DNA of 46,627 nucleotides from a virus (taxonomy: Duplodnaviria; Heunggongvirae; Uroviricota; Caudoviricetes). The translations under genes and the position numbers were made by a program. Below the pieces are notes generated by a model. It was not told the origin of the DNA and did not search any database. It worked only from the letters and a program-made list of their open reading frames with translations. Below are positions 41,734 through 46,627 of this stretch, in pieces. Position 1 is the first letter of the stretch. Every line of letters starts with the position of its first letter. Location: positions 1 to 46,627 of the IMG/VR virus record IMGVR_UViG_2541047706_000005; one strand, given 5' to 3'.

Positions 41734-44640
41734 ATGGCACTAACCCTTTTGGCTACAAACAACGCAGAAAGCACGCTGGCTTCTGCTATCAGCGCAACCG
41801 ACACGTCGCTGATCGTTAGCGCTGGAACTGGTGCCGAGTTCCCTGATGCTGTGGCAGGCGAGAGCTACTTTAAACTCACTCTCACCGATGCCGCCACCGG
41901 CTCACAGGTTGAGATCGTGAACGTGACAGCCAAGGCTGGGGACATCTTCACGATTGAACGCGCACAGGAAGGAACGATGGCGCGTGCATGGGCGGCCAAC
42001 GATATGGTTGCCAATATGATGACCGCTGACACGCTGAATGTGATCGCACAATACACGCAGCAGGCCGGGGAATCAGCAGCACAGTCAATTGAGGCGGCTA
42101 ATAACGCCTCTGAATATGCAAAGAACAAATATACATTCTACAAAACCGCCGGCGATCCTGATGGCACCATTGCGGGCCTGGCGGCGACAACTGACGGACA
42201 GTCGTTCTGGGTAGCTCAGGGGCCAGATGCGCTTTCTGCTGCATGGCAGTATCAAAACAATGCTGGCGTGGCCGTATTGCAGGCAAAGCAGCCAGGCACG
42301 GCAGCCATAACCGGGACAATCCGCGAATTCCCCACGCTGGAGGCGGCACAGGATGATGCCGATGCCGGCAATATTCCTACAGGTTCAACTGCGTATTATC
42401 GAAGCGCTGACGACGAAACTCTTGCGATTGAGGTCATTAACACTTCAGGAACGCTGCAGCCTACTGGACGAAAAATGCCATCCGCAATGCCAATGGGTTA
42501 CCAGTCTGCTACAGCTGTGAGTAGCGGTGCGGCTAATACCATTGCTATCACTATCCCCGGATTATTAGTGGACGGAAGCTTAATTTATTTTCTGTCCCCT
42601 ATATTGAACACCTCATCAGTCAATGTGACTGTAACTGATGCTAAGGGTAATTCTGTAATAAGAGCTGTACAGAAACAAAATAACGCGCCATTAGTCGGAA
42701 GTGAATTGCTGCTAAACCAGCCAGTATTAATGGAATTCCGCACTGGGACTGCTAACAATTTTGTCCTTGTGGCATCCGGCCCAGTAGCTGCTGAACTTGC
42801 GTCAAGAATTTCCACGCTTGAATTAAATAGCGTAGCGTTATTGTCTGGCGTTGCTAATACTGCGGACGCCTACACCGCGTCAGCGTCAGCGATACCAGGC
42901 CTGGTTGCCTCTGACCGCGTTTTCCTTTTCACTCCGAGTGCGACGAACACGACACGGACGCCGACCTTATCCGTGAATGGCGGCACTGCGCGCCAGATCA
43001 AACAGGCGAATGGTACCAACGTCGCAGCGGGAGACCTGGTCTCTGGCTACCCTTATTTATTAAAATTCAATTTTGCATCGGCTGACTTTCGTATGCTCAC
43101 ATACCCAGCGGACCGGACGCGTCTGCTCAGCGGCCAGCAGAAGGCCACCGTAACCAGTGACGCAACAAGCCCGAACGCTATATCTTTAACAATCCCGGGC
43201 CTTATCGCGGACGGCACACAAATCACATTCGAGCCAGCTGTCACCAATACCGGGGCGGTGACGCTGCTAATCACCAACATGTATGGCGACACCGTGACTC
43301 GCACCCTGATGAAAGGGGCTAACACTCCTCTCGTCGGTGGTGAACTGAAGTACGCCATGCCGGTTTCTATCATGTTCAGGGGGGCTCCACAGAACAACTT
43401 TAAGCTCCTATATGCTGGCGACCCTACCACGGATATACAGACCCTATCGAACGACGTTACGACGCTCAAGGGGTCGCTGACAGACCCTTATGCTGCTCTG
43501 GCGGATAAACTCGTGGGCACCGGGGTATCATCAGACCAGTCACCATTCGGTACTATAACTTGGTCCGCGGGGGTTAAGAGCGTCACTAAGCGGCAGATCA
43601 TTTGTACGTCTGTCGGGTCTTCTGTTGGCGTTGGGGCCGGCTCTACTGGCGGTGGTGCGGCAGGTGCCGCTTATGCACCGAACACACTGTTCGTCAACGC
43701 CTTGAAGGAAGAGCTTAAACAGTACGGCGAGTTTGACGTCATCGATGACAACCAGTGCATACCAACTCAGGCGATTCAGCAGTTCGCTGCCCAGCTAGCG
43801 AATTCGCCTTATTCAACCTCCGACTTTGTTTTGATTGTAGGGGGGATGAATGATGCGCCAGTTGGTAACTTCAACATGGGGCGCACATTCCCCGGTCAAC
43901 AAACGTCTCTCGAGTCGCTGGTAGACTTGTGTCTGGCACGAGGAGCGATTCCAATCATTTGCACTACTCCACATCATAATGTGGAAATGTCTCAGACGTA
44001 CCCCACAATCCCCGGTGGTAACCCGCTGTTCTGGCCGTTCAGGACATATAATGTCACAAGTACATATGTCTTCGACGCCGTTGCAAATACCATCACGCAG
44101 AGTAACTTTGCTAACCCGAATTATGGCGGCAATATTCTGAAGCCGGGGCATACTCTGCGCGTAGAAAGTGGAGACAATATCGGCAACTATACTATCACGG
44201 CCATTTCCTCTGACCGGAATACCATAACCGTCCAAGAGACAATCCCGGTAAGTGGAAGCTACTCGACAACGGTCAGACACTTTAACCTGCAGTCCATCGC
44301 TGAGGATATTCTTTACCCTGCACCGTCGGTTTCCTTTGTAACAAAAGACTGGTCCGGTAGCGGCGTTAAGGTACAGGGAGATGTGCGGTTCGAAATGGTG
44401 AATAATATGCAAAGGGTCGTCGCACGCAAAAAAGGCGCGTTCCTCGCAGACTGTGAAAAGTCGTTCTTTAAGTATGGTGTAGAGGTTGGTGGTTACTCGT
44501 CGGTATATAACGTCCCAGCTGGAAACTACAATCACATGAACGATAACGGGTACACAGTAACTTTCGACTACACGCTGAAAGTCGCAGCAAGGAAGATTGC
44601 CAATCTCATATTCGGAGATAAATATTACTCTGCAGCATAA
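41734..44640 (+). CDS. Tail fibre protein with three internal repeats and C-terminal SGNH/GDSL-hydrolase-like domain
   Basis: N-terminal domain shared with second fibre; three approximately 90-aa repeats (IPGL..DG...PLVGGEL...NF.L); C-terminal blocks GSSVG and GGMNDAP. Confidence 0.65.
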   Translation: MALTLLATNNAESTLASAISATDTSLIVSAGTGAEFPDAVAGESYFKLTLTDAATGSQVEIVNVTAKAGDIFTIERAQEGTMARAWAANDMVANMMTADTLNVIAQYTQQAGESAAQSIEAANNASEYAKNKYTFYKTAGDPDGTIAGLAATTDGQSFWVAQGPDALSAAWQYQNNAGVAVLQAKQPGTAAITGTIREFPTLEAAQDDADAGNIPTGSTAYYRSADDETLAIEVINTSGTLQPTGRKMPSAMPMGYQSATAVSSGAANTIAITIPGLLVDGSLIYFLSPILNTSSVNVTVTDAKGNSVIRAVQKQNNAPLVGSELLLNQPVLMEFRTGTANNFVLVASGPVAAELASRISTLELNSVALLSGVANTADAYTASASAIPGLVASDRVFLFTPSATNTTRTPTLSVNGGTARQIKQANGTNVAAGDLVSGYPYLLKFNFASADFRMLTYPADRTRLLSGQQKATVTSDATSPNAISLTIPGLIADGTQITFEPAVTNTGAVTLLITNMYGDTVTRTLMKGANTPLVGGELKYAMPVSIMFRGAPQNNFKLLYAGDPTTDIQTLSNDVTTLKGSLTDPYAALADKLVGTGVSSDQSPFGTITWSAGVKSVTKRQIICTSVGSSVGVGAGSTGGGAAGAAYAPNTLFVNALKEELKQYGEFDVIDDNQCIPTQAIQQFAAQLANSPYSTSDFVLIVGGMNDAPVGNFNMGRTFPGQQTSLESLVDLCLARGAIPIICTTPHHNVEMSQTYPTIPGGNPLFWPFRTYNVTSTYVFDAVANTITQSNFANPNYGGNILKPGHTLRVESGDNIGNYTITAISSDRNTITVQETIPVSGSYSTTVRHFNLQSIAEDILYPAPSVSFVTKDWSGSGVKVQGDVRFEMVNNMQRVVARKKGAFLADCEKSFFKYGVEVGGYSSVYNVPAGNYNHMNDNGYTVTFDYTLKVAARKIANLIFGDKYYSAA

Positions 44641-44974
44641 GGAATTATCATGGCTTTTAAAATTTCAGCAGTAAAACTGTCCAGATTTATTATCTCGGAG
44701 GATTTCTGTGTGAAAAGGATATCGGTATTGACCTCATTTACTCAGTAGAAAGCGTCAGGCAGGGTGATGCAGGTCAAGTTAAAGCCTCAGTATCTGTTCG
44801 ATATAATGATGCGTCCAGAGTTAACGCTGGAGAGTATGCGGTAACTCTGGACACTTCGTCATCAAAACCGTGGACAGAACAGGCTGAGCAGCAACTTATG
44901 CAAGCTGAAGAGTTTGCTGGGGCAGTTGTCCTGTAACCACAAAAAAAACCTACGCAGACTGAACGGGGTTGACT

Positions 44975-45022
44975 GCCCTCCGATAAAACTACTGTATATA
45001 ACAACAGTGTTTATCGGAGGGC
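44975..45022 (+). promoter_or_regulatory. LexA (SOS) box CTGTATATAACAACAG nested in a 13-15-bp perfect inverted repeat, overlapping a promoter
   Basis: CTGT-N8-ACAG at about 44992..45007; flanking arms gccctccgataaa / tttatcggagggc; TTGACT upstream; ggaggg RBS and ATG downstream. Confidence 0.6.
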
Positions 45023-45027
45023 AGATC

Positions 45028-45267
45028 ATGCTTCGACAGTCAGACATCGCCGCGGCTTTCCGCGAGTCCATTTTGCGCAGTTCCAAGGGGTTCCAGTACC
45101 TCCACACCCGCGACTTCGTTACCGCGCTTCGCCGGCGTGGCATCCATTTTTCCGAGGTGGAGGCGAACTCCTGGATCGCACGCGAGCAGACGTATTTCGT
45201 CGATAAGACGCCGGACCATAGCGAAAACAGGCTGTGGATGATGGCCAACATGGGGAGGGTGATCTAA
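45028..45267 (+). CDS. Small protein (79 aa) of unknown function, putatively SOS-regulated
   Basis: Start MLRQSDIAAAF with RBS; within ORF-track frame 44914..45267. Confidence 0.5.
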   Translation: MLRQSDIAAAFRESILRSSKGFQYLHTRDFVTALRRRGIHFSEVEANSWIAREQTYFVDKTPDHSENRLWMMANMGRVI

Positions 45268-45584
45268 TGGGATTCCCTTCACCAGCGACGGACTACGTTG
45301 AGCAAAGGTTGTCTGTTAACTCGATCTGCAATGTCGGCCCAAACACGCTAGTTTTCGAGCGATCTGGCGGTTACGTTGTGCTGGATATCTCCCTGAAGCC
45401 AAAGCAGGGTAGTCAGGTTCTTATCCAGCACGGCGGCGGGACGGAGCTTGCCACGCTGAGAGGAAAGTCACTGATTACTGAAGATGGTGAAGCGATCGAG
45501 GGCGAAGCCCTGGACGATGTTACTGTCATCGGCGTCGTGACGTTTACTATCTGCGATGTTCGTTCCGATAATTCTATTATTTAA
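45267..45584 (+). CDS. UmuD'-like protein lacking the N-terminal arm and apparently lacking the catalytic Ser
   Basis: Begins MGFPSPATDYVEQRLSVN, aligning with UmuD from its Cys24-Gly25 cleavage site (CGFPSPAADYVEQR); SGDSM region reads RSGGYV. Confidence 0.55.
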   Translation: MGFPSPATDYVEQRLSVNSICNVGPNTLVFERSGGYVVLDISLKPKQGSQVLIQHGGGTELATLRGKSLITEDGEAIEGEALDDVTVIGVVTFTICDVRSDNSII

Positions 45585-45595
45585 CTGGGGTATAT

Positions 45596-46627
45596 ATGGC
45601 GATGAAGCTATTAGCCAATAATAACGCAAAGAGTGTTCTCGCTGCGGGTATTAGCGCGTCCGCTACCGTTATTACCGTGGGTACTGGAGCGGGGTCTTTA
45701 TTCCCGTCCCCTGTATCTGGGCAGAGTTATTTCAAATTAACGATAACCGACGCGGCCACGAAAACAATTTCTGAAATTATGCACGTCACGTCTGTATCCG
45801 GTGACGTGATGACAGTAATTCGTGGTCAGGAAGGAACTACGGCACGCGTATGGTCAACGAATGACATTGTCGCGAATTTAATGACCGCCGGATCATTGTT
45901 GTCGTTCCTGCAGATCAGCAATAACCTGTCAGAAATTAAAGATGCCGGTGAGGATGCGATAAATGAAGCCCGTTATAACCTCGGAATATCTGATTCCTCT
46001 GGTTTTGTCGGGCGTTCACTTGGCGCTCCAAAAGCTTTCTATGCAAACGGAACCTATACGCGATCTCCTCTGGCCCGTTATGCAAAAGTAACGTTGACCG
46101 GTGCCGGTGGCGGCGGTGGCGGCTGCCAGGCCTCCAACAATACAGAAACCTTCTCCGGTGCTGGCGGCGGCGCGGGCGCGACCATTATCGTATGGGTTGA
46201 CCTGTCTGCTGCCAGTTCTTATGCGATTACTGTCGGCAAGGGTGGTAAGGGCGGAGTTGGCGCAGTAAGTGGTGCGGATGGTGGGGCCACCTCGTTTGCC
46301 AGCCTGTTCTCAGCTCCTGGCGGGAAAGGAGGAGTGAAGTCAGGCGTGTCCAATACCGCCGGCGGCGCCGGAGGTACGGCGGCGACCGGAGATATCAGGA
46401 TCAACGGTGGTACCGGCTCAGATGGACAGACAGGCTCAAGCCTTCTGACGGGCAACGGCGGGGCGTCGTATTTTGGCGGCGGTGGCCGGGCGGGTTCTCA
46501 GGCCGGTATTGCTGGCGCAGCTCCCGGATCCGGTGGTGGTGGCGCGTATGACCTTGGGTTTACCGGTACGGCATTTACCGGTGGTGATGGTGCTACTGGC
46601 ATGGCGATCGTGGAAGAATTCGCGTAA
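45596..46627 (+). CDS. Second tail-fibre protein (paralogous N-terminus, Gly-rich C-terminal domain)
   Basis: N-terminal about 100 aa alignable with the first fibre; C-terminus rich in GGxGG repeats. Confidence 0.65.
   Translation: MAMKLLANNNAKSVLAAGISASATVITVGTGAGSLFPSPVSGQSYFKLTITDAATKTISEIMHVTSVSGDVMTVIRGQEGTTARVWSTNDIVANLMTAGSLLSFLQISNNLSEIKDAGEDAINEARYNLGISDSSGFVGRSLGAPKAFYANGTYTRSPLARYAKVTLTGAGGGGGGCQASNNTETFSGAGGGAGATIIVWVDLSAASSYAITVGKGGKGGVGAVSGADGGATSFASLFSAPGGKGGVKSGVSNTAGGAGGTAATGDIRINGGTGSDGQTGSSLLTGNGGASYFGGGGRAGSQAGIAGAAPGSGGGGAYDLGFTGTAFTGGDGATGMAIVEEFA

Noticed and set aside
43813-44535. Minus-strand 240-aa ORF inside the tail-fibre C-terminal domain
   Set aside because: Antisense to the SGNH-like domain region; no independent support

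Overview
This window is about 45 kb of a mosaic lambdoid prophage sitting next to a host ybhC-like lipoprotein gene (1..1284, minus strand), with a lambda-type att core (GCTTTTTTATACTAA) at about 1331..1345. Reading left to right: lambda int and xis; a leftward early operon of small accessory genes (Ead/Ea22-like, DUF551-like, SSB-like, Erf-like, cIII-like); a P22 gene-24-type N antiterminator with P22-type boxB nut sites; lambda oL/pL; a lambda cI immunity region in which the rexA-rexB position is occupied by an AT-rich ClpP-fold serine-peptidase-like gene plus a coupled 56-aa ORF; lambda cro; a chimeric cII; an O-like initiator with internal iterons; a DnaC-like helicase loader; a nin region (ninB, Dam-like methyltransferase, ninE, ORF6N and Rha/KilAC antirepressor-like morons, YbcO-like, rusA, ninH, ninI phosphatase); a Q82/Q21-type antiterminator; two tRNA-like genes; lambda S-R-Rz/Rz1 lysis genes; then a high-GC morphogenesis module (terminase, portal, Mu-F-like protein, a Nudix-scaffold fusion, capsid, sheath/tube myovirus-type tail, baseplate) ending in two paralogous tail-fibre genes. 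The strongest candidates for something undescribed are the peptidase cassette in the rex position, a LexA-box-controlled two-gene cassette (small protein plus an apparently catalytically dead UmuD'-like protein) between the two tail-fibre genes, and the Nudix domain fused to the head scaffold protein. All calls rest on reading the sequence and ORF translations by eye against remembered protein families; no search was run. Coordinates of features not anchored to the ORF track are approximate (a few nt).
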